From positions 21,982 to 85,981 of the forward strand of contig JBDKLC010000004.1 in assembly GCA_039795775.1 (NCBI GenBank): 64,000 nucleotides of DNA, in the 5' to 3' direction. A program made the position numbers and the translations under genes. Below the pieces are notes generated by a model that was not told the DNA's origin, did no database searches, and saw only the letters and a program-made list of their open reading frames with translations. The DNA is from Candidatus Parcubacteria bacterium (GTDB lineage Bacteria > Patescibacteriota > Minisyncoccia > Phycocordibacterales > CAIZLB01). Below are positions 28,876-39,233 of this stretch, in pieces (within the stretch, counting starts at the first letter, position 1; each line of letters starts with the position of its first letter).

Positions 28876-30000
28876 ATGACTATACAAGCACTTCAGGATG
28901 TCCAGGATATCAAAGGAAAACGAGTGATTGTTCGAGTAGATTTCAACGTTCCTCTCCAAGATGACAAAGTTGTAGATGATATGCGAATTCAAAAAAGTTT
29001 GCATACGATCAACTTTTTACGAGAAGGCGGAGCTCGAGTCATTCTCATTTCTCATATAGAAGGAAAGGGGGGAGTAAGTCTCGCACCTGTAGCGGCGTAT
29101 CTTAAAGCTCTTTTTCCTCTCACCTTTGTAAAAGATTTCCTCAATGAAAGTACGGCTCAGCTCGTAGCTTCTATGAAAGACGGTGATGTTGTTCTCTTCG
29201 AAAACCTTCGAGTAGATGAAGGTGAAAAAAATAATGACGACGCATTTGCACGACGACTTGCTGCGTATGCAGATATGTATGTAAATGATGCATTCTCAGT
29301 ATCACATCGAGCACACGCTTCTGTTGTTGCTCTTCCAAAGCTTCTTCCTCATTACGCGGGATTCGAACTTCTCGAAGAAATCGAGCATCTCAAGACAGTA
29401 TTTAATCCACCACGACCATTTGTATTTATTCTCGGTGGTGCAAAGTTTGAAACAAAGATTCCTCTTATAGAAAAGTTTCTCACACTCTCAGATTATATTT
29501 TCGTGGGTGGCGCACTCGCAAACAATTTCTTTAAAGAGAAGGGTCTCAATGTTGGTAAGTCACTTGTGTCTGATGGGTACTTTAATTTGAAAGAGCATTT
29601 TGGTGATCAGCGACTAGTATTACCACTCGATTTGATTGTGAAAAATAATGGCGTTGTATCTACAAAAAAGCCAGAAGAAATAAGTGGTGATGATGTGATT
29701 GTCGATGTTGGCCCGGCATCTGTTCTCAAAATAAAAGAACTTGTTGCTGACGCGAAGTTTGTTTTGTGGAATGGTCCAATGGGCAATTACGAAGAAGGAT
29801 TTAAAGATCAGACAATTGGTATTGCGAAAGTAATTGTTGAATCAGGTGTTCACGCCGCACTCGGAGGTGGTGATACGACCGCAGCCGTAGCCGCGCAAGG
29901 TCTCGAAAAAAATAAAAATATTTTCGTTTCTACCGGTGGTGGCGCAATGCTTCAGTATCTTCTCGATGAAACACTTCCTGGTATCGATGCCCTGAAATAA
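28876..30000 (+). CDS. pgk: Phosphoglycerate kinase
   Basis: RVDFNVP, ENLR, NDAFSVSHR, WNGPMG, GGGDT, STGGGA. Confidence 0.97.
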   Translation: MTIQALQDVQDIKGKRVIVRVDFNVPLQDDKVVDDMRIQKSLHTINFLREGGARVILISHIEGKGGVSLAPVAAYLKALFPLTFVKDFLNESTAQLVASMKDGDVVLFENLRVDEGEKNNDDAFARRLAAYADMYVNDAFSVSHRAHASVVALPKLLPHYAGFELLEEIEHLKTVFNPPRPFVFILGGAKFETKIPLIEKFLTLSDYIFVGGALANNFFKEKGLNVGKSLVSDGYFNLKEHFGDQRLVLPLDLIVKNNGVVSTKKPEEISGDDVIVDVGPASVLKIKELVADAKFVLWNGPMGNYEEGFKDQTIGIAKVIVESGVHAALGGGDTTAAVAAQGLEKNKNIFVSTGGGAMLQYLLDETLPGIDALK

Positions 30001-30017
30001 GCAAAAGTTAGGAAATA

Positions 30018-30047
30018 AAAAACTCCAGCAACAGGCTGGAGTTTTTT
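30018..30047. terminator. Bidirectional terminator pgk/HIT
   Basis: aaaaactccagc-aacag-gctggagttttt. Confidence 0.8.
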
Positions 30048-30050
30048 GTT

Positions 30051-30476
30051 TTATGAGAGTGAAATTTCTGTTTTGATCTTTTCGAGTACTTGTTCAGCTT
30101 CGCCTTGTACGTATGTCTTGTGTGGCATATCTTCAATTCCATCATCAGATATTCTCGGAATAAGGTGAATATGAGTGTGAGAGACTTGTTCTCCATTCAT
30201 CATTACCATCATTCCATCAGAATCAACCGCATTTCGTATATCGATGGCTAGCTTTCGGGCCGTAATGATAAGACGACACATTGTTTCGTCTGGGGTAGTA
30301 AGGATATTTTCGAAATGGTCTTTTGGAATAACAAGCGTGTGTCCAGGATTTATTGGTTTAATATCGAGAAAAGCAAAGGTATTGTCGTCCTCATATACCT
30401 TATGAGCTGGGATTTCCCCTGTAATAATTTTACAAAAAATACAATCGTTGTGTGTTTGGTGTAGGTCTTGAGTCAT
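30051..30476 (-). CDS. HIT family nucleotide hydrolase
   Basis: DCIFCKI, PINPGHTLVIPK, HTHIHLIP. Confidence 0.93.
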   Translation of the reverse strand: MTQDLHQTHNDCIFCKIITGEIPAHKVYEDDNTFAFLDIKPINPGHTLVIPKDHFENILTTPDETMCRLIITARKLAIDIRNAVDSDGMMVMMNGEQVSHTHIHLIPRISDDGIEDMPHKTYVQGEAEQVLEKIKTEISLS

Positions 30477-30521
30477 AAGGCACATTGTATGATAAAATCG
30501 GCGAATAGCAATTGCTACCTT

Positions 30522-32219
30522 ATGCCAAATTACGCATTTCAACCCTCAAATGGCACTACGTTGACCGAACAACTCTTGTTCAGTCGAGGCCATAAAACAA
30601 AAGAGGCGCAAGATGCATTTCTTAGTCCAGACTACGATAGGGGTATTCACGACCCATTTCTCCTCAAAGATATGGATGTAGCCGTAGAACGGATTGTTCG
30701 AGCAATCAAAAACAATGAAAGAATTGTTGTGTATGGTGATTTCGATGCAGATGGGGTACCCGCGTCAGTGCTTATGCATGATTTTTTTAAGAAAATTTCA
30801 TATACCAATTTTTCAAATTACATCCCACATCGACATCTTGAGGGGTTTGGACTCCACAAGGATGCCATTTCGAAAGTGAAGGAAGAGGGAGCCCAGCTTC
30901 TCATTACGCTCGATTGCGGCATTACTGATGTTGATGAAGTCGACTTTGCAAACAGCCTCGGCATTGACGTCATTATCACGGATCACCATTTGCCAGGGCC
31001 TGAGTTGCCACAGGCGGTGGCTGTTGTAGATCCAAAACGTGCTGACTGCTCGTATCCATTCGATATGCTCTGTGGAGCCGGTGTTGCATTCAAACTTGTT
31101 CAAGGACTTCTTGCATATGATCGATCTCATGAAAACGTCTGGAATGTAAAAGAAGGATGGGAAAAGTGGCTTCTCGATATGGTGGGCATTGCCACACTTT
31201 CTGACATGGTGCCGCTTCATGGCGAAAACAGAGTGCTCGCATATTTTGGTTTGAAAGTTCTTCGAAAGTCACCTCGACTTGGTTTGGTGAAATTACTTAA
31301 ATCACTCGATATCAAACAACAACATCTTGTTGAAGATGACATCGGATTTTTGATCACGCCTCGTATCAATGCTGCATCTCGAATGGCAAACCCAATGGAT
31401 GCTTTCAATATGCTTACAGCTGCTACTGATGAAGAAGCAGAACGAACTGTTACATTTTTGAATACATTAAATGTTGAAAGAAAAAGTGCTGTTGCTGTAA
31501 TGATGAAAGAAATTAAAAAGAAAGTTGAAGGAAGAGATCTTACATCAAAATCTGTTTTTGTTTTAGGAAATCCAAATTGGAAACCGTCGCTTCTTGGACT
31601 TGTTGCAACATCACTTGTTCGTGAATATGACCGACCTGTTTTTTTGTGGGGGAGATCAGAAGACGGAACGCTCAAGGGTTCAACACGATCAGATGGTCGA
31701 GTCGACATTGTTCAACTTATGCGTGCGGTACCACGAGAAATATTTATAGACTTTGGTGGTCACGTAATGTCAGGTGGATTTTCTTTGACCGACGATCATG
31801 TTCATCGATTTGAAGATGAACTTTGTACAGCACATGATTCACTTTCGAAACAAGAAATAAATTCTTCAGTACTTATTGATGCGCGTATCACATCAAATGA
31901 TGTGACATGGGACTTATTTTCAACGATTGAAAAACTTGCACCATTTGGAGAAGCAAATCCGAAACCACTTTTTATGGTGGAGAATGTTGTGCTTACTAAT
32001 GCAAAAACGTTTGGTAAAACAGGTGATCACTTTGAGGTTACATTTACAGGTGCGAAGGCAAAGAAACTTTCAGCTATTAAGTTTTTTATTGAAGATAACG
32101 AAATATACAAGAATTTAAAACCGGGTGATAAAGTTCATCTTGTTGCAAATTTAGAGAAGTCTATGTTCAGAAATTTTCCTGAGCTTCGACTGCGAATTGT
32201 TGATATACTACCAGCATAA
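30522..32219 (+). CDS. recJ: ssDNA exonuclease RecJ
   Basis: YGDFDADG, TLDCG, TDHH, PRINAASR, GGH, APFGEANP. Confidence 0.96.
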   Translation: MPNYAFQPSNGTTLTEQLLFSRGHKTKEAQDAFLSPDYDRGIHDPFLLKDMDVAVERIVRAIKNNERIVVYGDFDADGVPASVLMHDFFKKISYTNFSNYIPHRHLEGFGLHKDAISKVKEEGAQLLITLDCGITDVDEVDFANSLGIDVIITDHHLPGPELPQAVAVVDPKRADCSYPFDMLCGAGVAFKLVQGLLAYDRSHENVWNVKEGWEKWLLDMVGIATLSDMVPLHGENRVLAYFGLKVLRKSPRLGLVKLLKSLDIKQQHLVEDDIGFLITPRINAASRMANPMDAFNMLTAATDEEAERTVTFLNTLNVERKSAVAVMMKEIKKKVEGRDLTSKSVFVLGNPNWKPSLLGLVATSLVREYDRPVFLWGRSEDGTLKGSTRSDGRVDIVQLMRAVPREIFIDFGGHVMSGGFSLTDDHVHRFEDELCTAHDSLSKQEINSSVLIDARITSNDVTWDLFSTIEKLAPFGEANPKPLFMVENVVLTNAKTFGKTGDHFEVTFTGAKAKKLSAIKFFIEDNEIYKNLKPGDKVHLVANLEKSMFRNFPELRLRIVDILPA

Positions 32220-32242
32220 AGACAAGCATAAGAAAAGCTACA

Positions 32243-32977
32243 ATGAATATGAAAGAAGTTACAATTTTTACTGATGGAGCATCACGAGGTAATCCAGGTC
32301 CGGGAGGTTGGGCTGCGGTGACTGTGTTTCCTGATGCTCATGGAGTTATGCATGTCGATGAACTTGGCGGACGTGAAGCTCTCACTACAAACAACAGAAT
32401 GGAGATGATGGCTGCGCTCAAATCTCTCCAACACTTTGATGGATTTTATGAAAATTTTAAAGAAGTAACATTTACTATTTTTACGGATTCTTCATACCTT
32501 TTAAACGGTGCTACAAAATGGGTATTTGGATGGGTAAAAAATAATTGGAAAACAGGAAAAGAAGAGGTGAAAAATAGAGACATTTGGGAAGGGATTTTAA
32601 AAGCAATGGAAGGCAAACACATCACATGGAAATTGCTCAAGGGACACTCTGGTGTGCCTGGAAATGAACGATGTGATGTTATTTCAACTGAGTTTGCTGA
32701 TGAAAAAGATGTGGAATTGTACAAAGGTACTCTCAGTGCATATGGCATAAAATATGTGATGAATACCAGCGTGTTACCTGTTTCACAGACTAAAAAGAAG
32801 TCATCTTCTTCAGAAAAAGCTTATTCTTACGTGAGTTTGGTAGATGGTAACATTGAAACTCACACAAACTGGGGAGACTGCGAAAAGAGAGTAAAGGGGG
32901 CTAGCAAGGCTCGATTTAAGAAATCTTTCTCAAAAGAAGATGAAGCTGCGATTATTGCAGACTTTCTTCAGAAATAA
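32243..32977 (+). CDS. rnhA: Ribonuclease HI with C-terminal hybrid-binding-like domain
   Basis: FTDGASRGNPGPGG, TNNRME, KGHSGVPGNERCD; tail NWGDCEKRVKG. Confidence 0.93.
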   Translation: MNMKEVTIFTDGASRGNPGPGGWAAVTVFPDAHGVMHVDELGGREALTTNNRMEMMAALKSLQHFDGFYENFKEVTFTIFTDSSYLLNGATKWVFGWVKNNWKTGKEEVKNRDIWEGILKAMEGKHITWKLLKGHSGVPGNERCDVISTEFADEKDVELYKGTLSAYGIKYVMNTSVLPVSQTKKKSSSSEKAYSYVSLVDGNIETHTNWGDCEKRVKGASKARFKKSFSKEDEAAIIADFLQK

Positions 32978-33032
32978 TTCAGCCAGACTGTAAATATTTT
33001 TTACAAAAATTTAATACGTATAGACATAAGAT

Positions 33033-34439
33033 ATGAGCATGAAAAGTGCTCATATTTTTTTATTAATTTCTATTGTTTCAATTGTGGCACTCCGGTGGCA
33101 CTTTTTGCCCACAGACAGTCCACAAATCGCACAATTTTTGCTGTCATTACCGAGCAGTACAAGTAGTGTGCAAATGATAGGAAATATTATTGATGAACCA
33201 GAAAAAAAGAAGACCCACATAAACGTGTTGATAGAGGTTGAACAATATGGATTAGCGAGTAGCACGGACATGGACAACACCGTTCAAGTTCAATATAAAA
33301 AGAACGTCCTTGTCCTTGCCTCGATCCCACAATTTAGTTCAGTCAATTATGGTGACAAAATTAAAGTTGTCGGAAAAATAAAAAAGCCTGAAGTTATCAT
33401 TTCTGAAGATGGGTCTGAATTTAACTATCCGGCATATCTTGCAAAGAGCAACATTTTTTATGTGATGGATGCCAAGAGTTCTGAGATCATCTCAACTGGA
33501 GGAGGTAATCCAATTAAGTCAGATCTTTTGTTGTTCAAGAAACAGCTTTTGCAAAACATAAATAACGTACTACCAACACCTCACTCTTTTTTAGCAGGTG
33601 GTTTGATTATTGCAGGAAAGGGATCGCTTGATGATGAACTTCAGGAAGAATTTAAAAGGGCAGGACTTGTACATATTGTTGTGCTATCGGGTTTCAATAT
33701 TACGATTGTTGGGCAATTCATTATTTCTATATTCTCTTTTTTGCCACTGATGCTTAAAAGTATATTTGGAAGTTTGGGAATTATTGCGTTTTCAGTTATG
33801 GCAGGTAGTAGCGCAACTGTTGTCCGGTCGGTGGTCATGTCTATTATTGGATTGTATGCACGGGTATCCGAAAAAAGTTATGACGCTCTCCGTGGTCTGT
33901 TGGTTGCTGGTGTTGGTATGGTTGTTCACAATCCAAGAATTCTTTTGTATGATCCGTCGTTTCAACTTAGTTTTATGGCAACGCTCGGACTTATTCTTTT
34001 GGGTTCGACTGTTCAGAAATTTTTTATGTGGGTTCCTGAAACATTAGGGATGAGAGAAATTGTTACATCAACTTTTGCTACTCAGATATTTGTGACACCT
34101 CTTATCTTACATTTGTCAGGAATGATCTCTCTTGTTTCACTTTTTGTGAATATCTTAGTGCTTCCTGTTATTCCCTTGACCATGTTGTTCGCGTGTCTTT
34201 GCGGTGTGGTCAGTTTCATACATCCAAGTTTTTCAATACCATTCTCATTTGTTTCATACATTCTTCTTACATACGAGCTTTCACTAGTGCACATTTTTTC
34301 ATCACTTTCGTTCGCCGCAATTTCTCTTCCTAAAATTTCTACAGGCGCAACCTTAGCGGTATATTCAATATATGGAGTTATTTTTATTTGCATACAATTC
34401 GTACAAAAAATTTATAAAACAAAAAGCCCGCCAACATAG
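33033..34439 (+). CDS. comEC: ComEC/Rec2 membrane part (OB fold plus competence domain)
   Basis: GLVHIVVLSGFNI, SATVVRS, SFQLSF. Confidence 0.92.
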   Translation: MSMKSAHIFLLISIVSIVALRWHFLPTDSPQIAQFLLSLPSSTSSVQMIGNIIDEPEKKKTHINVLIEVEQYGLASSTDMDNTVQVQYKKNVLVLASIPQFSSVNYGDKIKVVGKIKKPEVIISEDGSEFNYPAYLAKSNIFYVMDAKSSEIISTGGGNPIKSDLLLFKKQLLQNINNVLPTPHSFLAGGLIIAGKGSLDDELQEEFKRAGLVHIVVLSGFNITIVGQFIISIFSFLPLMLKSIFGSLGIIAFSVMAGSSATVVRSVVMSIIGLYARVSEKSYDALRGLLVAGVGMVVHNPRILLYDPSFQLSFMATLGLILLGSTVQKFFMWVPETLGMREIVTSTFATQIFVTPLILHLSGMISLVSLFVNILVLPVIPLTMLFACLCGVVSFIHPSFSIPFSFVSYILLTYELSLVHIFSSLSFAAISLPKISTGATLAVYSIYGVIFICIQFVQKIYKTKSPPT

Positions 34440-34546
34440 CGGACCTTTGTGAAACTCTTTTTTCGCCTTAGTTCATGTCTCTCTGATTGATGGTATTCAT
34501 CACGCTGTGCAACCAGTGAAAGATGTGTCACACATCATCTTCAAAA

Positions 34547-35140
34547 CTATGAAACGTATGAATTGAACCGTTCCTCAACCTTGAGGGAGTTGATGTTCTT
34601 AAAGAATGCCTCAACATAGTTCTTCTTTTCTCCTGGAACATAGTCGAGCATGTATGAGTGCTCCCACATATCGAGAGCGAGCACTACCTTGAGGCCAGTG
34701 AGGTGACCAAGATGCTGTTCATCTACCCATGCATTCATAAGTCGCTTTGTCTCTGGGTCGTAGTAGAGAATCGCCCATCCAATACCTCGAGTCATCGCTA
34801 CGGCTTTAAATCGAGCAAGCCAAGCATCAAATGAACCCCATTCTTCAGCAATCTTCTTTGAGAGAGCACTATCGGCTGAAAACTCTGATGCGCCGCCTTC
34901 AAACTGTTCGAAATAATATTCGTGGTTTCGCATACCATCGAATTCAAATCCAAACCGTCGCTGAAGTTCGCCCATAGCATAGGCATTCTTTTCGGCGTCA
35001 GCAGACATCTCTTTGATCTTGTCGATGATCAAATTTGAGTGTTTAACATAGCCAGCATACAACTTAAGGTGCTCATCAATAGATTTCTTTGAAATACCAT
35101 TGAGTTCGCCAATTGAGAATGTTCGTTCTGTAAATGACAT
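34547..35140 (-). CDS. Fe/Mn superoxide dismutase family protein
   Basis: EHLKLYAGYV, NHEYYF, DMWEHSY. Confidence 0.92.
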   Translation of the reverse strand: MSFTERTFSIGELNGISKKSIDEHLKLYAGYVKHSNLIIDKIKEMSADAEKNAYAMGELQRRFGFEFDGMRNHEYYFEQFEGGASEFSADSALSKKIAEEWGSFDAWLARFKAVAMTRGIGWAILYYDPETKRLMNAWVDEQHLGHLTGLKVVLALDMWEHSYMLDYVPGEKKNYVEAFFKNINSLKVEERFNSYVS

Positions 35141-35158
35141 AAAACTAAATTAAAGATA

Positions 35159-36064
35159 ATGAGTAATCTAACGAAGCTAGTATATCACGGGCATTTTCTG
35201 GCAATACTTGTGCTCGTCCCACTTGTATTGAATATTTTTGTGACGTATGTTCTTTTTCAGGAAAAGGCTTTAAATACTGACTTTTTACAAGTTACATACC
35301 TTGATATCGGCCAAGGTGATTCAATATTTATTCAAGCCCCACATGGCCAGACCATGTTGATAGATGCGGGGCTTCCAACGAGCAATGCACTCGCTGGTAT
35401 AGGTAAACTGGTGCCATTCTACGAAAAATCAATCGATGTTGTAATGGCTAGTCATCCGGATGCAGATCATATAGGAGGTTTGCCGAATGTTATAAAAAAC
35501 TATAAACCCGGTGTATTTATTGAGTCTGGTGTAAGTGCTCGGACAGAAATTGATACTGCTCTTCATGACGAATTGAGAAAGCAAAACATACATACATTAT
35601 TTGCACGAAGAGGAATGAAAATACTACTGGACGAAACAAATAATGTTGTTATAGATATTCTATTCCCAGACCGTGATGTATCAACTTGGACAAAGAATAC
35701 GAATGACGCATCAATTGTTGCGCGTCTAAAATATGGAAATGAGACATTCTTGTTTAATGGTGATTCACCTATAAAAATAGAAGAACACCTAATTCAAACT
35801 CTTAGAAAAGAGGCTTTAAATATAGATGTTTTAAAGGTGGGACACCACGGTTCACGTACATCTACGAGTGATATATTCGTAAAATATATTCAACCTCGGA
35901 TTGCAATTATTTCAGCTGGTAAAGAAAATAGATACAAGCATCCACATAACGAGGTCATTGAAGTTCTAAAAAAGAATAATGTGGAGATTTTACGGACAGA
36001 TCAACAGGGAACTATTACGTATGAAACCGATGGAAAACAACACCGTACTCGCAACAAAAAGTAA
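35159..36064 (+). CDS. ComEC-type metallo-beta-lactamase-fold nuclease domain (start uncertain)
   Basis: LDIGQGDS, SHPDADHIGG, KVGHHGS, YKHPH, RTDQQG. Confidence 0.9.
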   Translation: MSNLTKLVYHGHFLAILVLVPLVLNIFVTYVLFQEKALNTDFLQVTYLDIGQGDSIFIQAPHGQTMLIDAGLPTSNALAGIGKLVPFYEKSIDVVMASHPDADHIGGLPNVIKNYKPGVFIESGVSARTEIDTALHDELRKQNIHTLFARRGMKILLDETNNVVIDILFPDRDVSTWTKNTNDASIVARLKYGNETFLFNGDSPIKIEEHLIQTLRKEALNIDVLKVGHHGSRTSTSDIFVKYIQPRIAIISAGKENRYKHPHNEVIEVLKKNNVEILRTDQQGTITYETDGKQHRTRNKK

Positions 36065-36077
36065 TGTACAACAGCGC

Positions 36078-36117
36078 AAAAAGAAAAAGCTCAACCGAAG
36101 TTGAGCTTTTTCTTTTG
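36078..36117. terminator. Bidirectional terminator
   Basis: aaaagaaaaagctcaac-cgaa-gttgagctttttctttt. Confidence 0.85.
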
Positions 36118-36132
36118 ATTTATATATAAAGA

Positions 36133-36375
36133 CTAGATAAGGCCTGCTTTCTTCAATGTAGCAAAGGCACCATTTTTCTGAATAGTTTTGATAGCCTTTG
36201 TTGAAATTGTAAGAGTAAGACTCTTTTTGAGTTCAGGAATATAAATTCGCTTCTTCTGAAGATTTGGGTACTTTCGAGACTTTCCTACAGGGTTATACTG
36301 TGTAGCTCGAGTTTTGTTTGAGTATCCGCCTCCGTTTTGAGAAGACTTATTTGTAATTGGACAAGCTTTTGCCAT
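36133..36375 (-). CDS. rpmB: 50S ribosomal protein L28
   Basis: MAKACPIT...KYPNLQKKRI...ISTKAIKTI. Confidence 0.9.
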   Translation of the reverse strand: MAKACPITNKSSQNGGGYSNKTRATQYNPVGKSRKYPNLQKKRIYIPELKKSLTLTISTKAIKTIQKNGAFATLKKAGLI

Positions 36376-36449
36376 ATGGACCTAGATACTAACATAGCTT
36401 ATAGCATCTCGCAACTCGGTCACTTTAAATTGTGATATATTAGTGACAT

Positions 36450-37058
36450 ATGGAACTCACCGCACTATTTTCACTAGCAATTCTCGTTATATCTATTGTT
36501 ATTCATGAAGTGGCTCACGGTATAGCTGCCTTGTCTCAGGGAGACTCAACAGCTAAATATGCCGGAAGACTTACTCTCAACCCGATTTCACATATAGATC
36601 CAGTAGGTTCTATCGTTGTACCGCTTATCTTCGCCCTTTTACCAGGTAGCCTTATGTTTGGATGGGCAAAACCAGTACCTATCAATCCTTACAATTTTCG
36701 TAATAAACGTTGGGGTGAAGCCATTGTTGCCTTTGCCGGGCCTTTTTCAAACATCTGTATAGCAGTGCTCGCTGGGCTGGCTCTTCGGTTCTTTGGGGCA
36801 GCAATCCCTGATGCTACGGCTCAAATCCTCATTATTACAGCACTTACTAACCTAGTATTGGCAATTTTCAACCTTGTACCAGTTCCACCGTTAGACGGTT
36901 CTAAGATACTTTTCTCTTTTCTTCCACAAAGTATGGCTCACCTTAGGGCTAATCTAGAAAAATATGGCTTTTTTGTCACACTTTTCTTTATTTTCTTCCT
37001 TTGGGAGTACTTTACACCTGTTATTTTCTATATTTTCTACGGTTTGACTGGACTATAG
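36450..37058 (+). CDS. Site-2 protease family (M50) metalloprotease
   Basis: HEVAH and NLVPVPPLDG. Confidence 0.93.
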   Translation: MELTALFSLAILVISIVIHEVAHGIAALSQGDSTAKYAGRLTLNPISHIDPVGSIVVPLIFALLPGSLMFGWAKPVPINPYNFRNKRWGEAIVAFAGPFSNICIAVLAGLALRFFGAAIPDATAQILIITALTNLVLAIFNLVPVPPLDGSKILFSFLPQSMAHLRANLEKYGFFVTLFFIFFLWEYFTPVIFYIFYGLTGL

Positions 37059-37125
37059 AACATAATTTGCATTTCTCTTGTTTCTGTAGTAATCTAGCCA
37101 CACATGCTTTTTTAAGCATTTAAAT

Positions 37126-37542
37126 ATGCCTACACTTAATCAATTAGTTAAACGAAAGCGATCAAAAACACCCCGAAAAAGTAAGGCGGTGGCTTTAACT
37201 CGTGGTTTCAACACAATTCATAACCGGCCAGTATTTTACAATGCTCCGTTCAAAAAGGGTGTATGTACAAAAGTAACAACAAAGACTCCAAAGAAGCCTA
37301 ACTCAGCTATTCGAAAGATTGCTCGAGTTCGACTCTCAAACGGAATGGAAGTTACTGCCTACATCCCAGGTGAAGGTCACAACCTTCAGGAACACTCAGT
37401 AGTAATGCTACGAGGAGGACGAGTAAAAGACGTAGGTCTCCGATACACTATCGTACGAGGTGTACTCGATACACAGGGTGTTGAAAAGCGACGAAAGCAG
37501 CGATCTGCATACGGTACAAAGCGACCTAAGGCTAAAAACTAG
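37126..37542 (+). CDS. rpsL: 30S ribosomal protein S12
   Basis: [20 protein letters not shown]. Confidence 0.99.
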   Translation: MPTLNQLVKRKRSKTPRKSKAVALTRGFNTIHNRPVFYNAPFKKGVCTKVTTKTPKKPNSAIRKIARVRLSNGMEVTAYIPGEGHNLQEHSVVMLRGGRVKDVGLRYTIVRGVLDTQGVEKRRKQRSAYGTKRPKAKN

Positions 37543-37642
37543 CCTCAAACAGCTATCCAGGAGAGAGTAAGCACATGCAATGACGCATTCATGCTGAACA
37601 GAATCTCTACAATTATTAATTTCAGAATTAGAATCTAAACCA

Positions 37643-38113
37643 ATGCGAAGAAAAGTAAAAAATCGAAATATCGTAACTGCTGAAGCAACATTTGACTCAG
37701 TAGCTGTAGCAAAATTTATCAACTACTGTATGTGGGATGGCAAGAAAGTAGCAGCACAAAATGCTGTGTACGGCGCCCTCGAAGCTATCAAAGAAATGGC
37801 TAAGACTGAGAACCCTATCGAAATTTTCGATACAGCTCTCAAGAATACAGCCCCTTCAGTAGAAGTTCGATCACGACGAGTCGGTGGTGCAAACTACCAG
37901 GTACCTCGAGAAGTTCGACCAGAACGACGACAGTACCTCTCAATGAAATGGATTATCGACGCAGCTCGATCAAAGAAAGGTAAGCCAATTCACATGAAGC
38001 TCGCTGAAGAAATCATTGCAGCATCAAAGAACGAAGGTGAAGCCATCAAGAAGAAAGAAAACACTCACAAGATGGCGGAAGCAAACAAAGCGTTTGCACA
38101 CCTCACTTGGTAA
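37643..38113 (+). CDS. rpsG: 30S ribosomal protein S7
   Basis: SRRVGGANYQVP, MAEANKAFAH. Confidence 0.99.
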   Translation: MRRKVKNRNIVTAEATFDSVAVAKFINYCMWDGKKVAAQNAVYGALEAIKEMAKTENPIEIFDTALKNTAPSVEVRSRRVGGANYQVPREVRPERRQYLSMKWIIDAARSKKGKPIHMKLAEEIIAASKNEGEAIKKKENTHKMAEANKAFAHLTW

Positions 38114-38117
38114 TATC

Positions 38118-38152
38118 AAACAAAAAAGCACCCAGCAGGGTGTTTTTTGTTT
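38118..38152 (+). terminator. Terminator after rpsG
   Basis: aaacaaaaaagcaccc-agca-gggtgttttttgttt. Confidence 0.75.
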
Positions 38153-38236
38153 ATATAGATTTTTCGCAAAGTGAGTCTTTTCCTCAGTTTTAATTGTTTA
38201 TCTAAAATAAAGGGTGTTACAATAGTGGTAAATACT

Positions 38237-39070
38237 ATGGAAAAAATAAAAAACTTTTTGGTAAAAATAGTTAAGTTCGTATGGGAGTATGTAAGAAAAT
38301 TTTTAGCGTATCTATACAGTGGCCTACATAATTCAGTAATTATTTCTGTGTGTATAGCGAGTTTCTTTGTTGCACTTTCTGCGGGCATCTTAGCATCAGG
38401 AATAGAAAACATCATGTCGACTTCCGCGACTGTGTCTGTGAAGGGAACTATGAGCACAAATGTCACATCTGATACTGGTGTTTACTCTGTGACTCTAGAA
38501 ATGACAGGGTTAAAAGAAGATCGTAAAAATCTCTACAAACAGTTTGATACTGAAACTGATCGATTTCTTAAGTTTTTGGCTGATAGAGGTGTAAATGATA
38601 GTGACATCACAAGTATAAAAAAAGGACTAGTTGATGAGGAGGTAATAGAGGAATATTCTCAGTATAATAACGATGGGAAACTGGTAAAATTTAATCCAGC
38701 AAAATCAACATTAACAAGAAATATTAGAGTGGATTCATCTGATGTCTATCTCATAAAAAAGCTAGCTGACAGCAGATTAGACCTTGTTAATGAAGAATTT
38801 GAGCTTACAGGAAACCCTACTGTTGCATATACATACTCAAAGTTAGCTGATATTCGAAAAGACTTACTCAAGGACGCTACAAGAGACGCACAAGAAAGAG
38901 TTGAGTCAATTGCTTCAAATACAGGCCAAACTGTAGGTAAAATTTCAGATATTGATTCAGGCTCTATTTCTGTGTATGCAGAGGGAGATGAAGATGGTAA
39001 CTCTTACGATACGGAATCAATAAACAAAACAGTTGTTGTAACAGTGCGGGCTACATTTATCTTGTACTAG
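38237..39070 (+). CDS. SIMPL (DUF541) domain membrane protein
   Basis: TM then TVSVKG, ATRDAQERVESIA, KTVVVTVRATF. Confidence 0.8.
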   Translation: MEKIKNFLVKIVKFVWEYVRKFLAYLYSGLHNSVIISVCIASFFVALSAGILASGIENIMSTSATVSVKGTMSTNVTSDTGVYSVTLEMTGLKEDRKNLYKQFDTETDRFLKFLADRGVNDSDITSIKKGLVDEEVIEEYSQYNNDGKLVKFNPAKSTLTRNIRVDSSDVYLIKKLADSRLDLVNEEFELTGNPTVAYTYSKLADIRKDLLKDATRDAQERVESIASNTGQTVGKISDIDSGSISVYAEGDEDGNSYDTESINKTVVVTVRATFILY

Positions 39071-39233
39071 TAGAGTAAGTATTGAGTCGGTAATAATCAG
39101 TAGGAGGGTTAAGACTCTAATTGCAAAAAGCCCCAATTAATGCTATTTTATCCCCACGACTTAGGGCTTTTTGTATTCTCTATAGTCGGTGCTTAAACCA
39201 TTAGAAATTAAATTTAATTAGCTAGTTTATTTT

